Source: Candidatus Poseidoniales archaeon
GTDB taxonomy: Archaea > Thermoplasmatota > Poseidoniia > Poseidoniales > Poseidoniaceae
DNA length: 46,060 nucleotides
Direction: 5' to 3'
Assembly (NCBI GenBank): GCA_003602635.1
Contig: QQSJ01000039.1
Span: 1 to 46,060 of the forward strand
A program made the position numbers and the translations under genes. Under the pieces are notes generated by a model, which did not search any database, was not told the DNA's origin, and was given only the letters and a program-made list of their open reading frames with translations. Positions 17,101-26,384 of the stretch are shown here, in pieces; within the stretch, counting starts at the first letter, position 1, and each line of letters starts with the position of its first letter.

Positions 17101-19575
17101 AGATTCATCGTCCCATGACCAGTTCACGAGGGTGGGAATCCTGATGCGGGTGATGCTGTCTGAGACCGCGGTGGAGGTGCAGTTGCCGGCATCGAAATGG
17201 ACGATGCCTCCGGCGTCGTTGAGGACGCTGCATTGATCGCCACGTTCCCATCGGACGGTCGGATCTTCGCCGTGGGAATGCTGGAGGGCCACGTCCACGC
17301 GCGTGACGCGGGTCACGTCGTCACCGCGAGCCACGTCCACAACCAGGTCACGATGGGCGCCGTCGGGAGCCAACATGCCGCCCTCCACCGACGCACCGAT
17401 GGCGCGTGTTTGCATGACGTAAGAGACGTCAAGGTTGGAGATCTTGATGCGACCCGGCGAGGCGGCCTTCACCGCGATGGTGACGTCCACTGTTCCATCG
17501 CCGTTGTCGGGCACGGCATCGTTGAAGGCTGAAACAAGGGTCGGGACGTCCTTGACTTCCGTGCCGACCAAACTGTCGTCGCTGGCATCGACGGACGATT
17601 CGTTGAGGAAGAGCAACGATTCCCAATCGTAAGCACCGTCGTCTCCGATGTCGATGCGCGGGCGGTCTGGATAGCCCTCCTCGTATTCGAGCGTGAAGGT
17701 CGAGACGGCAGGGGTCACCGTCACGTCATCCGTCTTCAGCTCGATGAAATACCGGAGTGCGGAACCTGCGGCTTCCGTGGGGAATCCAATTTCTTGACCG
17801 TTGTTCGCCTCGTACCAGTCCGTGCCGTTGTTGTTCGAAACGTACACCGTGATGCTGGTGCCAACGGGCTCGTCGGCGACCCACGTGGGACGAACCTTGC
17901 CGACCTTGGTTCCGGTCGGAATGGGCGGCGAGGTCCAAGAGCCCAGGCTTGTGTATTCGGTGTCGTGTTCGAGTTCAACCCACCATGACACGGCAGAAGA
18001 GCCGATCATCTGGGCTTTCCACACCAGTTCCTTGCCTGGGTGGGCGAAGTGAATGGTCTCGTTCTCGGTGACCGCAGACCAATGCGTCCCGTTGTCGGCA
18101 GAAACCCAGTGATCCACACGGTCGCCAATGGAGGCAGCCGACCAGCCAGAGCGCGTGTTCACAGAGAGCACGTCGTCAGCGGACGTTGTGACCGGGCCGT
18201 ACCACGTCGTGGTCCCCGGTGCAGCGATGGTGTCGTAGGTCCAACCGGTTCCGAATTCTCGGTAGTAAAGCGATTTGCTGCTCCACGTGGAATACCCGCT
18301 GTCCACCGTAACGAATCGGGTTCCGTCCCATTGCAGGCCGTAGCCAAGGCTGGAGATCTCACGGATGCCTGATTGCACCACGAGCGAGGTCGATGTCCCG
18401 CTGATGGACCATGCCTCAAGCGTGTCACGGTCGTTGTAGTAGCTGTCCTTCTGGCAACGCATGTAGAAGGTGTTGCCGTTGACTTCGAGGCCACGGACCA
18501 TTTGGCCTGTCGTCCCGCACTGACCGGTGGTTTGAGCAGAGGACGTGAAGGAATACTTGTCCTCGTTCCTGCTCCAACTGCCGTCTTCGATGTTGTATTC
18601 CACCACACGGCGCTGGCTGTTGTGCACGACCCAGAAAGTGTCGTCTTCACGGTCGTACGCAATCCCCGTGTAATCGCCAAATTGAGGCGACAGGTCGTAG
18701 GACGCCGTGCAGACCCAAACGTCGTCGCGGGACACGTCCAGTTCGAGCAAACGGTGGTATTGCGTGGGTGCCGTCGATCCGGACACCTGCTTGTACCCTG
18801 AGAGGATGGCCAGCAAGCGCTCGTCGTCGGCGAGCGCCCAATCGCGGAAGCCGTACTGTCCGTAGTACGAACTGCTGTGCGTTTGCGGCACCACGCAGGC
18901 CGACGCAGTGGAGTCGATGGAGACGCCCCATGCGCGGGTGAGGTTGTTGGGATAATGGGCCTTCACGACGTTGTTGAGGTTGTTCGAATTCCATGTGGAC
19001 ACAAAGAGCCAGTCGTGGTGCTTCAGCACAGCACCTTGGCCTTGCGCGGTCAGCGTGGTGCTGGTGCGCTGGACCTGTTGTGAGAACCGGGTCTCCGTGG
19101 AGTTCGACGTGTGGGGTTGACGCACGGCGTAGGAGCCGTTGTCGTGCCAAGCCGTCGAAGAGGAATCGATGATCGTGTCAAGGCCGTGCGGGAAGAATTC
19201 CGTGGTCGGGGTCGCCTGTTGCAAGGCGAGGACGGGCGAACGAGCATCGACGCCAGCCCCCTCACCGGCCAGCCATTGTTCCGTGGTGCTGGTCGAGGTC
19301 GAGGACCAGCCGGTGGAACTTGCACCGGACAAGGTCATGCTCACGTCCACCACTTCGGCACCGACGGGCAAGCGAACGCTTGCGCCGGTGTCGGGGTTTG
19401 CGCCCTGGTAGAGGGCGACATATTCGGTGGAACCGTCGCTGAAACCGTAGGCGTGGCGGGCCACGCCGGACGCTTCAGCGTTGGGCGCCATGGACGTCAA
19501 CAACGGCGATGCGGACATCAGCATCATGAGCAGCGTCAACATCATCGCAGGCGCGAATGATTTGCGTGACGTCAT
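14146..19575 (-). CDS. Giant cell-surface protein (~1,810 aa): signal peptide, propeller-like region, Asp-box-like duplicated domains, Ig/CARDB-like domains, C-terminal TM and GWTxEQWxxYG tail
   Basis: MTSRKSFAPAMMLTLLMMLMSA signal; acidic and Thr-rich; TM FSLFLYVITMISVSAAVWMLVMY-RR; Pro-rich tail ending GLPAGWTEEQWAHYGWSFL. Start may instead be 19590. Confidence 0.85.
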   Translation of the reverse strand: MTSRKSFAPAMMLTLLMMLMSASPLLTSMAPNAEASGVARHAYGFSDGSTEYVALYQGANPDTGASVRLPVGAEVVDVSMTLSGASSTGWSSTSTSTTEQWLAGEGAGVDARSPVLALQQATPTTEFFPHGLDTIIDSSSTAWHDNGSYAVRQPHTSNSTETRFSQQVQRTSTTLTAQGQGAVLKHHDWLFVSTWNSNNLNNVVKAHYPNNLTRAWGVSIDSTASACVVPQTHSSSYYGQYGFRDWALADDERLLAILSGYKQVSGSTAPTQYHRLLELDVSRDDVWVCTASYDLSPQFGDYTGIAYDREDDTFWVVHNSQRRVVEYNIEDGSWSRNEDKYSFTSSAQTTGQCGTTGQMVRGLEVNGNTFYMRCQKDSYYNDRDTLEAWSISGTSTSLVVQSGIREISSLGYGLQWDGTRFVTVDSGYSTWSSKSLYYREFGTGWTYDTIAAPGTTTWYGPVTTSADDVLSVNTRSGWSAASIGDRVDHWVSADNGTHWSAVTENETIHFAHPGKELVWKAQMIGSSAVSWWVELEHDTEYTSLGSWTSPPIPTGTKVGKVRPTWVADEPVGTSITVYVSNNNGTDWYEANNGQEIGFPTEAAGSALRYFIELKTDDVTVTPAVSTFTLEYEEGYPDRPRIDIGDDGAYDWESLLFLNESSVDASDDSLVGTEVKDVPTLVSAFNDAVPDNGDGTVDVTIAVKAASPGRIKISNLDVSYVMQTRAIGASVEGGMLAPDGAHRDLVVDVARGDDVTRVTRVDVALQHSHGEDPTVRWERGDQCSVLNDAGGIVHFDAGNCTSTAVSDSITRIRIPTLVNWSWDDESSMEANITVIDPIGEQVTDWTTSNLDVRVENDVQLDGLRVYDETGRELYPLDWVRGGYNLSFAGKIYFQGSQLSPLGGEFDLRVLGQNVTYDGDAIGEPVVLATTTNPAFGEYNITLQSPIESAPGGMVFYVEAVNLANGSTFTNPGYNTIRLTLDGNSPLVLSSDPMDGVELHAATAQPISIVIQDSVDPPNQISLHYWLGCKASQAIGCTDYNFDGLPQAEEYELKTVSSPEIRAGGLNIFETSIDDSMLVHGQRVSYYITGKDPQDNVVAMGGGPVCPEDLGAQNCGTRGASEVPPDWNADLVTYTVREEFQPELDAANSTIVGHDDESPLHPGVPYTAQITLSDGNGWQDIQQVQFALGGDFDDDDTSIFISLAPDADGLPVAEMSTGGEFLAVSNLYSSVQLDAEDPNRIIISALFQLTWSFPESFDTDGESFIRPKLQVTDQPCGLEPDVPCYEVDASLGDNWWSLDNDFRFDTERGHIRAVELRDGTNHYNDEFDESIIGAGQALRVTGRVLFSEDETPAPAGAFDVTFGDYDHIWVTSPRTDGEFSLDLLVPGIRSGYLDLKLGLDDLPGLAEDQTELVPRVRFIVDSTPPSLAAVSLSRIEAGQDLPIGQAHDLLVQLETLDDHGFDTDESAVLHYRVRAGEAEISRGALELPDTTPFGEQFFWSGNLDLTDGGATTLLPTYMVDVWVSGSDAAGNPFDTSSNTVETPFATWPLSLIGPSIDLPSAAALWDNPSPAPNQAAVLDVQASNEGGTGEVSFVLQRRQDAGFWAEIAREDLTAAANADVQVQLEVMADGEVGDRLEHRLLLLVDGVEADRMPVAPLLLTEDVARDGDALREDLGEQRFSLFLYVITMISVSAAVWMLVMYRRMKYGDEEVGSEDQTKAVIATMDTAPKALPALADLPPPSGLNVESATPLPPGLVMPTSEPELMAAPEPAPAPLTTDDPRGLPPKPPTGLPAGWTEEQWAHYGWSFLDAL

Positions 19576-19639
19576 GCGAACATCCACCATGCGCCGAAGA
19601 CGTTTGGCTGAGCATTTCAATGATGCCCTGTCATGGGCT

Positions 19640-22600
19640 TCAAGAGGTCAAACGGGAGTCGTAGCGGAGCGGGGAAGAATCGCCCCTGACGCCGTCCCGT
19701 TCGTCGTCGTTGACCTCGAACCAGTCCACAACCCAGTCACCGTCGGTGTCCCAATTCATCGGATCCGTGCCTTCTGCCACGTGATCGTCATCGAAATCGA
19801 CCATGTACCAGCCCAATTCGTGTTCACCAACGCTCCGAACGGGGCTGGTTTGGGGCGACCCAGTGTAGAAAATATCCCATGCGTCCGTCCGGTTTCCAGC
19901 GGCCAGCACCTCGTCGTCCGTTTCGTCAATGATCAGGAAGTCCTGGTCCTTGTCGTCGAGGATCCACACGAAGCGTTGGTCGGACGTGCCAAGTTGGTCC
20001 ATTTTCAGGTAGTTTCGGACGTTCTCATCCCATGACCCGAGGCCCAACAGGTGGGCGCGAAGTTGCCACCCCTCGGTGATGCCTTCGCCGTTGTGCACCA
20101 ACCCTGCAAGCCGCGCTGCATTGGGTGATGACAGCAACGGATCGGTGATGGCGAAAAATTCCTGGAAGGCCGTGTAGGCGGTGTAAACGCAACCTGCACC
20201 GGAGCAGTCCCAATTGCCGTCTTGATCGTGGTCTTCGTTGGCGTCCGTGGCGTCGCGCGGATCCATGGTGAACCACGTGAACGCGAGGTTTGGTCGTGCC
20301 AGAGAACCGCTGTCGATGGACAGCGGCCGGCATGAATTGGTGTCGGTGGTGCAGGACCCACCGGTGGTGGTGTCGATCCACTGCACACGAATCTGCAACC
20401 AAGAGGAGTAGTTGTCGTTGGTCTCGTTCCACCCCTTGGCGTGTTCGTACCAGTCAGGGATCATGTCACCGTCGGTGTCGTTGTCCATCGGATTCGTGCC
20501 GTACTTGAACACCTCACGGCCGTCGGTCAAGTTGTAATCTCGCTCATGCGCAACCACTTGGCCGTTTTCGACCGTCGTCTTGTAGGCGATGCTGTCGCCG
20601 TCGGTGTCGTTGAGATCTGGGCGTGTTCCGTTTTCGTACTCCATCCAATTCGTGAACGGAAGATCGCCAACCCCTTGCTGAATCGTGTCGCCTGTGGCAG
20701 AGAAGGTTCTGCTCGACCACGAGCCGAGCGGGGCTGGTACATCGAAGAACGTTCGGTCGTACCAACCGTCGCTGTCACCGTCATGGTTGACGTCGTAGGG
20801 ATTGAGCGGATTCGCCGCCCAGCGGAGAGCAGTTGACGGGTCCGGCATGTCGTAGCGCGCGTAGCAGTATTCCCATCCGTCGGGAATCCCGTCGCTGTCG
20901 GAGTCGGGGTGCGTTGGGTCAGCCACGCCGAGCAAGGTTCGGTTGAAATTGTTGGAATCAAGGCCGTTGATCGCCAACATCCGGTCCGCGCTTTCCGGCC
21001 CTTTCGCGACGAAATCATCGTACAGCGCAGCCCGAGCAAAGAAGGCCGACAAGCCCGCCTCGCTCATGTACGCTGACATGGCGTCTTCGCCGAAGGAAAC
21101 CACACCGACCTCGACGGGCACGGTGAATCTGGCGATGTATTTGCCCCACGTTCTGGCTTCCCATTCCCGGAGATTGCTGAAGGTTTCATTGGCGTCGATT
21201 TGGCCGTCACCGTTGCAGTCCCAGCTGTCGCCGTCCGAGTCGAGGTTGACGTCTGAATCAATGAGTGGGTTCATGCCCCATCGGTTCTCTTCCAAGTCCC
21301 ATGACGTGAACCAGTACTCGAATCCGTCGTTCATGCCGTCGTCGTCGGTGTCCTCGTTGGTAGGATCGCTGAGACCCATCAAGAAGGTGATGAACTCCGA
21401 AGCAACTTCTCCTTGCTGCCAGCTGTTGAAATCCGCCAAGTAGCGCTTCCCACGGGTGTCTTTGTCGATGAGGATGCGGAAGATGCGTTGCGCCTTTTCG
21501 TTGGGCTGTTGGTTGTCCCCGTCGATGGAGAAGAGGGGCGCATCGGCCGGGTGCACCTCGCCGTTGTCGGGTTGTTCGAAGGCCAAGGCCAATTCCTGCC
21601 GATCGAGCAAACCGTCGCCGTCGGCGTCGAAATCTCCGTCACCGGCGACCAACGGATTGAGGGTCCACGTTTGGGCGGATTCGTTCCAGGCCGTGAAGAG
21701 GACTTCCATGCCGTCGATGATGCCATCACCGTCGGTGTCAGGGTTGTTGGGATCTGCGGTTGGACCGCTGCTGTTCAAGACGGCCTCGGACACAAAGGAG
21801 CCGAAGGATTCGCTGACCAGGATGGTGGGCCATTGCTGCAAGGTCGGTGCCGTTCCAATGGTGGTCACGAAGAATTGGGGGCTGGACTGGACGTTGGCCA
21901 AGACGTTCAGCGCCGGGTCAATCGCGTTGTATTCTTCCCAGTTGGTCATGCCGTCGTTGTCGGCGTCGAGGAAGCGGTCGGTGCGGTCGATGGGGTTGAG
22001 CGTCCAACGGTCCTCAAGCACCGCCCAGCGTGCGAAGTGGATTTCCCAACCGTCGGGCATCCCATCGCTGTCGCTGTCCGGGTCGAGCGGGTCCGTAGAT
22101 CCAACAGCGGTTGGCACCGCCGTGGCCAAGGTGGCCAAATCCGCGTCGTCGATGAAGCCGTGCGCTGGTTCATCGCCGAGCAACATGCCTTGGAAGAGGG
22201 TCAAATCGAGGCCTTCTGGAAGTTCATAGGGCGCGAAACTGACGGCACCGTCCACGACATCGAGGTCCTTGAGGTGGAACTCAAGCCAGTTCACGTAGGC
22301 CTCGCCTGGGGCGAGTTCGCCGTCGAGGTTGACGTCAAACCCGTCACCGTCGGGATTGCCGAGGGCGTCGCTGCCGTTCAGGGGATTGACGCCAACGCGC
22401 ATCGGGTCGTAGGAACACAATCCGCCGGCTTCCCAACCGTCGGTCATCGTGTCGCCGTCGGAGTCGGGGTTGTTGGGGTCGGCTTCGACCCACAACGCTG
22501 CAGCGTCGGGCGATTCACCGTGGGTGTCGAACAGATCGCCCTTCATGGCCAGACCTTGCATCACGCTCCACTGGTATTCACAGATGTTCGCAAGACCGTC

Positions 22601-25393
22601 GCGGTCTGCGTCCCACAAGGCGTCGTCTGCGCGCATTGGATCGAGGGTCCAATTGTTGCCACCGTCGAAACTGGTGCCGACCCAACGGCGATGCTCGAGC
22701 TCCCAACCGTCGGGCATGCCGTCTCCGTCAGAGTCAGGATTGGTGGGGTCCGTGGCCGTGTCCGTGGGCGCGTTGTCGAGGTAGGTTTGGTTGGCAGCCG
22801 CCCCAACGGCGCTGTCACAGATGTAGGTCATTTGGAAGTCGTAGTAGCACCAGAGCGTGCTCGTGGAAAGGTGGAACGCGTGGACTTCAGCGCCGTCCGT
22901 GGCCCCGTCCATGTCGGTGTCCGGGTTAGAGGGATCCGTGCTGTCGTATCCGCCTGATGTGATGGCGATGTACCGGTATTCGTCGAGGTTGCTCCACAGA
23001 CGGTCGTCGGCGAACCCATCGAGGTCCTTGTCCAAACCATCACCATCAGGATCCAAGACGGCATCCCAAGGGTCGGTTGGGTCCAAACCGTGAATCAATT
23101 CCCAGCCGTCGGTCATGCCGTCGAAGTCTGAATCATTGCTCACGGGCGACATCAGCGCCTGATTGGCAAATCGGCCAGGCGCTGCCCCGCCGAGGACACG
23201 GAGCACACCGTCCACTTCGACGGTGGCCAGCGAGGCCAGTTCACCGGGAAGAAGGGCTTGTTCTCGAGCGCCATAGGTGGCCTCTCGACCACCGTCAACC
23301 GCCCAGAGACCCCAGGCGCTCCCAACCAGAAGCGCGTCGTCCAGGACCAGCATGCTGTGAACGTCGTCGGCCCCAACAATGGAGCGTCCGTCTTGACCGG
23401 GATGGACCAAATCCCCGCCGTGTGAAATGGTCAGCGTGCGGAGGTCCATGCGGTGCACACCCGATGGCATCGCCATCCAGAGGGTGTCAAGCTGGTCTGC
23501 ACCCGCGCCGTCAAGCACCAGATCGCGAACCTCTGCAGGTGCATCACCGACGTTCGCGCCAATGGGGCGCAGGGGGTCGAGGTTGCGGTCGATGACCGTC
23601 GTTTCGAACGCGAAGTGGAAAAGCCACGTGCCGTTGAGGCTGAGGTCACGGGCCGAGGCGGTTTCGAAGACCACCAAGCCCCTGTCCGTGCCGACGAAGA
23701 GCGTGGGGATTCCGTCGACGCCGGGGGCATGCGCCAGAGCGGTCACCGTGGCGTTGGTCTCGTCGAGCGCATCACGGATTCCGACGCTGAGGTCACCGAT
23801 GACGTCGCCGGTGGGCTGAAGATCGGCTCCGAGGGTCCACACGCCACCCTGTCCGTTGGCGCCCAGCGCGAGGACGTGGAGGCTTGAGCCATCGAGGTTC
23901 AACACGACGGCGCGTTCCAACGACGGAGCCTCAAGATGACTCCACGTTTCCATCGGCGCGAGCATCCCATCGTCAAGCAAGGGGATGATTTGAAGTCCGC
24001 TTGTGGAGGTCACTGCGAAGCCTTCGAAGGATCCATCGACGTTCAACGGCACCATGTCCGTGAGCCGCGTTGCATGCGGCCACCACACGTCGGTGCTGCT
24101 GTCTTCGGCCGCGTCCCAGTGGGTGATGCCGTGGCGGGTCATGACGTACACGTCTTGGTCATGCACATGCAGATCACGCACGTCGTGATGAAGGGTGGCG
24201 ACATTGGCGGTGGGCGATGCCATCCGTACGGGAACTTCGACCCATGTGTCGTTCGCGCCAAAGGCCACGTGCTTCAGACCAGAGCGGACCACGTTGCCCA
24301 TGTCGTCGTGCACGAGGTACTCTTCGTAGGACGACAAGGCTTCGCCGAGCGAAACACCGGTTTCCGTCGTCACCGGGTCACCGGTGACGTAGCCGTCACG
24401 GTCCTCGTCCCATCCGTCTTGATCCACGTCGATGAGGGCGTTGGATCGGTTCAGAGGGTCAAGGCCGAAGTGGACCTCCCAACCGTCAGGAAGTCCGTCA
24501 CCGAAGGAAGGGAACGTGCGCCCAAGGCTGACGCCGTTCCACGCGCGATGATCGCTGTCGGAGTTGAGTGGATTGGTTCCGAGCCACAGGTCTTCGTCGA
24601 AGGTGCCCGTGCTGTTCGTGGTGCAGGCAGCGAGCAGGTTGGCGAAGGTCATGTTGGCCGAGGTGGAAATGTAGGGCCAGTCGTCAAATGGCCCACCATC
24701 GGGGAGGCTGGCCACGCACCACAAGCCGTCCAACTCGTCCACGTGGAAGGGAGGCATGCCGTGCCGGTATTCCTCTGCAGAGGTGTACATCTCGTTCGCA
24801 TCAATGATGCCGTTGCGGTCGACGTCGAACCCGTCTTCGTCTGGGTCCTCTGCTCCCTCGCTGGCGTTCAGCGGGTCGAAGCGTGGGCACCGAAAGACCA
24901 TGTCCACGGCGTTGTACCCGCCCGACTGCAGGCACATCCACGCCTCGAAACCGTCTGGGAGGCCGTCACCGTCGGTGTCCGAAACACGAGGATCGAGGTA
25001 ACTGCGTTCCCCGTCTTCATCGAGCAAACCGGTCAGTCCGCGTGGGAAGCCGGGCGAGGTGCAGTTGGCGGGATACGGCCAGCAGTATTCCTCCGTGGCG
25101 TTGAGACCGTCCCGGTCAAGGTCGTATTTGGCGTCCCGGGCGTCGTCGCGGTCGAGGCCAGGGATGACGATCATCCGTCCGTCGGCCGTGGTTTGGTTCA
25201 CCCAGTCCTCGAACAAATTCTCGTGCACGTCTGGGATGAGGTCCCCGTCGCTGTCGGTGACGGGGGGCGCTTCCCCGGTCGCTTCGTTCGGGTTGTTGGA
25301 CGCCACCGGAGACAGCGCAGGGAACTGCGACATGAACAGGAGACCTGCCACGACGGCCAAGGTGATGAGCAGGGTGCTCTGACTTCGGCGCAT
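19640..25393 (-). CDS. Giant N-terminally anchored or secreted protein (~1,917 aa) with many thrombospondin type-3-like (DxDxDGxxDGxE) Ca-binding repeats and a central propeller-like insert
   Basis: MRRSQSTLLITLAVVAGLLFMS; more than 20 DxDxDG-type motifs counted by eye; no C-terminal TM. Confidence 0.9.
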   Translation of the reverse strand: MRRSQSTLLITLAVVAGLLFMSQFPALSPVASNNPNEATGEAPPVTDSDGDLIPDVHENLFEDWVNQTTADGRMIVIPGLDRDDARDAKYDLDRDGLNATEEYCWPYPANCTSPGFPRGLTGLLDEDGERSYLDPRVSDTDGDGLPDGFEAWMCLQSGGYNAVDMVFRCPRFDPLNASEGAEDPDEDGFDVDRNGIIDANEMYTSAEEYRHGMPPFHVDELDGLWCVASLPDGGPFDDWPYISTSANMTFANLLAACTTNSTGTFDEDLWLGTNPLNSDSDHRAWNGVSLGRTFPSFGDGLPDGWEVHFGLDPLNRSNALIDVDQDGWDEDRDGYVTGDPVTTETGVSLGEALSSYEEYLVHDDMGNVVRSGLKHVAFGANDTWVEVPVRMASPTANVATLHHDVRDLHVHDQDVYVMTRHGITHWDAAEDSSTDVWWPHATRLTDMVPLNVDGSFEGFAVTSTSGLQIIPLLDDGMLAPMETWSHLEAPSLERAVVLNLDGSSLHVLALGANGQGGVWTLGADLQPTGDVIGDLSVGIRDALDETNATVTALAHAPGVDGIPTLFVGTDRGLVVFETASARDLSLNGTWLFHFAFETTVIDRNLDPLRPIGANVGDAPAEVRDLVLDGAGADQLDTLWMAMPSGVHRMDLRTLTISHGGDLVHPGQDGRSIVGADDVHSMLVLDDALLVGSAWGLWAVDGGREATYGAREQALLPGELASLATVEVDGVLRVLGGAAPGRFANQALMSPVSNDSDFDGMTDGWELIHGLDPTDPWDAVLDPDGDGLDKDLDGFADDRLWSNLDEYRYIAITSGGYDSTDPSNPDTDMDGATDGAEVHAFHLSTSTLWCYYDFQMTYICDSAVGAAANQTYLDNAPTDTATDPTNPDSDGDGMPDGWELEHRRWVGTSFDGGNNWTLDPMRADDALWDADRDGLANICEYQWSVMQGLAMKGDLFDTHGESPDAAALWVEADPNNPDSDGDTMTDGWEAGGLCSYDPMRVGVNPLNGSDALGNPDGDGFDVNLDGELAPGEAYVNWLEFHLKDLDVVDGAVSFAPYELPEGLDLTLFQGMLLGDEPAHGFIDDADLATLATAVPTAVGSTDPLDPDSDSDGMPDGWEIHFARWAVLEDRWTLNPIDRTDRFLDADNDGMTNWEEYNAIDPALNVLANVQSSPQFFVTTIGTAPTLQQWPTILVSESFGSFVSEAVLNSSGPTADPNNPDTDGDGIIDGMEVLFTAWNESAQTWTLNPLVAGDGDFDADGDGLLDRQELALAFEQPDNGEVHPADAPLFSIDGDNQQPNEKAQRIFRILIDKDTRGKRYLADFNSWQQGEVASEFITFLMGLSDPTNEDTDDDGMNDGFEYWFTSWDLEENRWGMNPLIDSDVNLDSDGDSWDCNGDGQIDANETFSNLREWEARTWGKYIARFTVPVEVGVVSFGEDAMSAYMSEAGLSAFFARAALYDDFVAKGPESADRMLAINGLDSNNFNRTLLGVADPTHPDSDSDGIPDGWEYCYARYDMPDPSTALRWAANPLNPYDVNHDGDSDGWYDRTFFDVPAPLGSWSSRTFSATGDTIQQGVGDLPFTNWMEYENGTRPDLNDTDGDSIAYKTTVENGQVVAHERDYNLTDGREVFKYGTNPMDNDTDGDMIPDWYEHAKGWNETNDNYSSWLQIRVQWIDTTTGGSCTTDTNSCRPLSIDSGSLARPNLAFTWFTMDPRDATDANEDHDQDGNWDCSGAGCVYTAYTAFQEFFAITDPLLSSPNAARLAGLVHNGEGITEGWQLRAHLLGLGSWDENVRNYLKMDQLGTSDQRFVWILDDKDQDFLIIDETDDEVLAAGNRTDAWDIFYTGSPQTSPVRSVGEHELGWYMVDFDDDHVAEGTDPMNWDTDGDWVVDWFEVNDDERDGVRGDSSPLRYDSRLTS

Positions 25394-25443
25394 GGATGAC
25401 CCTCTGCCGAGCACCCTCGACGCTTTCTTTGCCCTCTGCGACG

Positions 25444-25449
25444 CTTAAG
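25444..25449. promoter_or_regulatory. Palindromic CTTAAG TATA-like box in a divergent intergenic region
   Basis: Between the divergent starts at 25393 (-) and 25525 (+); same TTAAG core as upstream of rps15. Confidence 0.35.
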
Positions 25450-25524
25450 AGGGTGGTGGAGCGGTGTTCCGACGATGATTCGACCGCGAGGTTCATTGAC
25501 GCTCGCCGACGGCGCAATCAAGGC

Positions 25525-26361
25525 ATGAGCCTGCGCATCACGCATCTTGGTTCGGGAAGCAAGGGCAACGCCACCTTGCTGGAGACCGAGCAGGTGCGTG
25601 TTTTGGTGGACCAAGGGTTCAGCGGCGCTTCCCTTGAGCGCCGCCTCAAGCTTCTCGACCTCCATCCAAGTGACTTGGACGCCATCCTGATCACCCATCA
25701 TCACGGCGACCACGGTGGTGGCGCCTTGATCGCTCAACGGCGATGGGGGCTGTGCGTCCATGCCAACGCCCGCACGGCAGAAGAATTGGGGTTGATTACG
25801 GAGCTGTGGCGGCCGTTTGTGTCGCTCGAAGCCATCCAACTCGGTCCAGATTTGGCGATGTTGCCCGTTCCTGTCCCCCACAGTGGAGCAGACAACGTAG
25901 CCTTCATTGCCAGTCATCAAGGGCGCAGGGCCGCCTTCATCACCGATCTTGGTTCGTGGACCGACGAACTGGCCCGCCACGTGCGCGGTTGTGAACACAT
26001 TTCGGTCGAAGCCAACTACGACAGTCGCCTGCTCGAACAAGGCCCATACCCCCGTTCGCTCAAGGAGCGGATCAGCGGACGAGGCGGCCACTTGTCGAAC
26101 GAACAAACCGGCGCCTTCCTGGCTGAAGTCGTCACGGATGCAACGGCCTCCATCACCCTCACCCACCTTTCCGACATGAACAACCGACCCCACTTGGCAG
26201 AGTCGACCGTGCTCTACTACCTTGACGAACGCTTCCAGGGTGACATCCACTTGTCCATGCAAGACGGCCCCGAATTCAGCGTTTTTTTGGGCGACCCGGC
26301 GGACGTGCAAAAGGCTCCAGAAGACCACGCAGCCCTCAGCCTCCAACGTGAAGGCTCATAG
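25525..26361 (+). CDS. Metallo-beta-lactamase-fold hydrolase (YycJ/WalJ/PhnP-like)
   Basis: MSLRITHLGSGSKGNA, LVDQG, THHHGDH, VPH, TDLG, EANYD, GHLSN, THLS..NN. Confidence 0.92.
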   Translation: MSLRITHLGSGSKGNATLLETEQVRVLVDQGFSGASLERRLKLLDLHPSDLDAILITHHHGDHGGGALIAQRRWGLCVHANARTAEELGLITELWRPFVSLEAIQLGPDLAMLPVPVPHSGADNVAFIASHQGRRAAFITDLGSWTDELARHVRGCEHISVEANYDSRLLEQGPYPRSLKERISGRGGHLSNEQTGAFLAEVVTDATASITLTHLSDMNNRPHLAESTVLYYLDERFQGDIHLSMQDGPEFSVFLGDPADVQKAPEDHAALSLQREGS

Positions 26362-26384
26362 ACGGATGCAGCGGTCCTCGACCC

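Noticed and set aside
19640..25393. Recurring DNA motifs (ccgtcggtgtc / tcccaaccgtcggg) suggestive of a CRISPR or repeat array
   Set aside because: Degenerate, irregularly spaced and in frame; explained by the DxDGDG/DGWE protein repeats. No cas genes are present.
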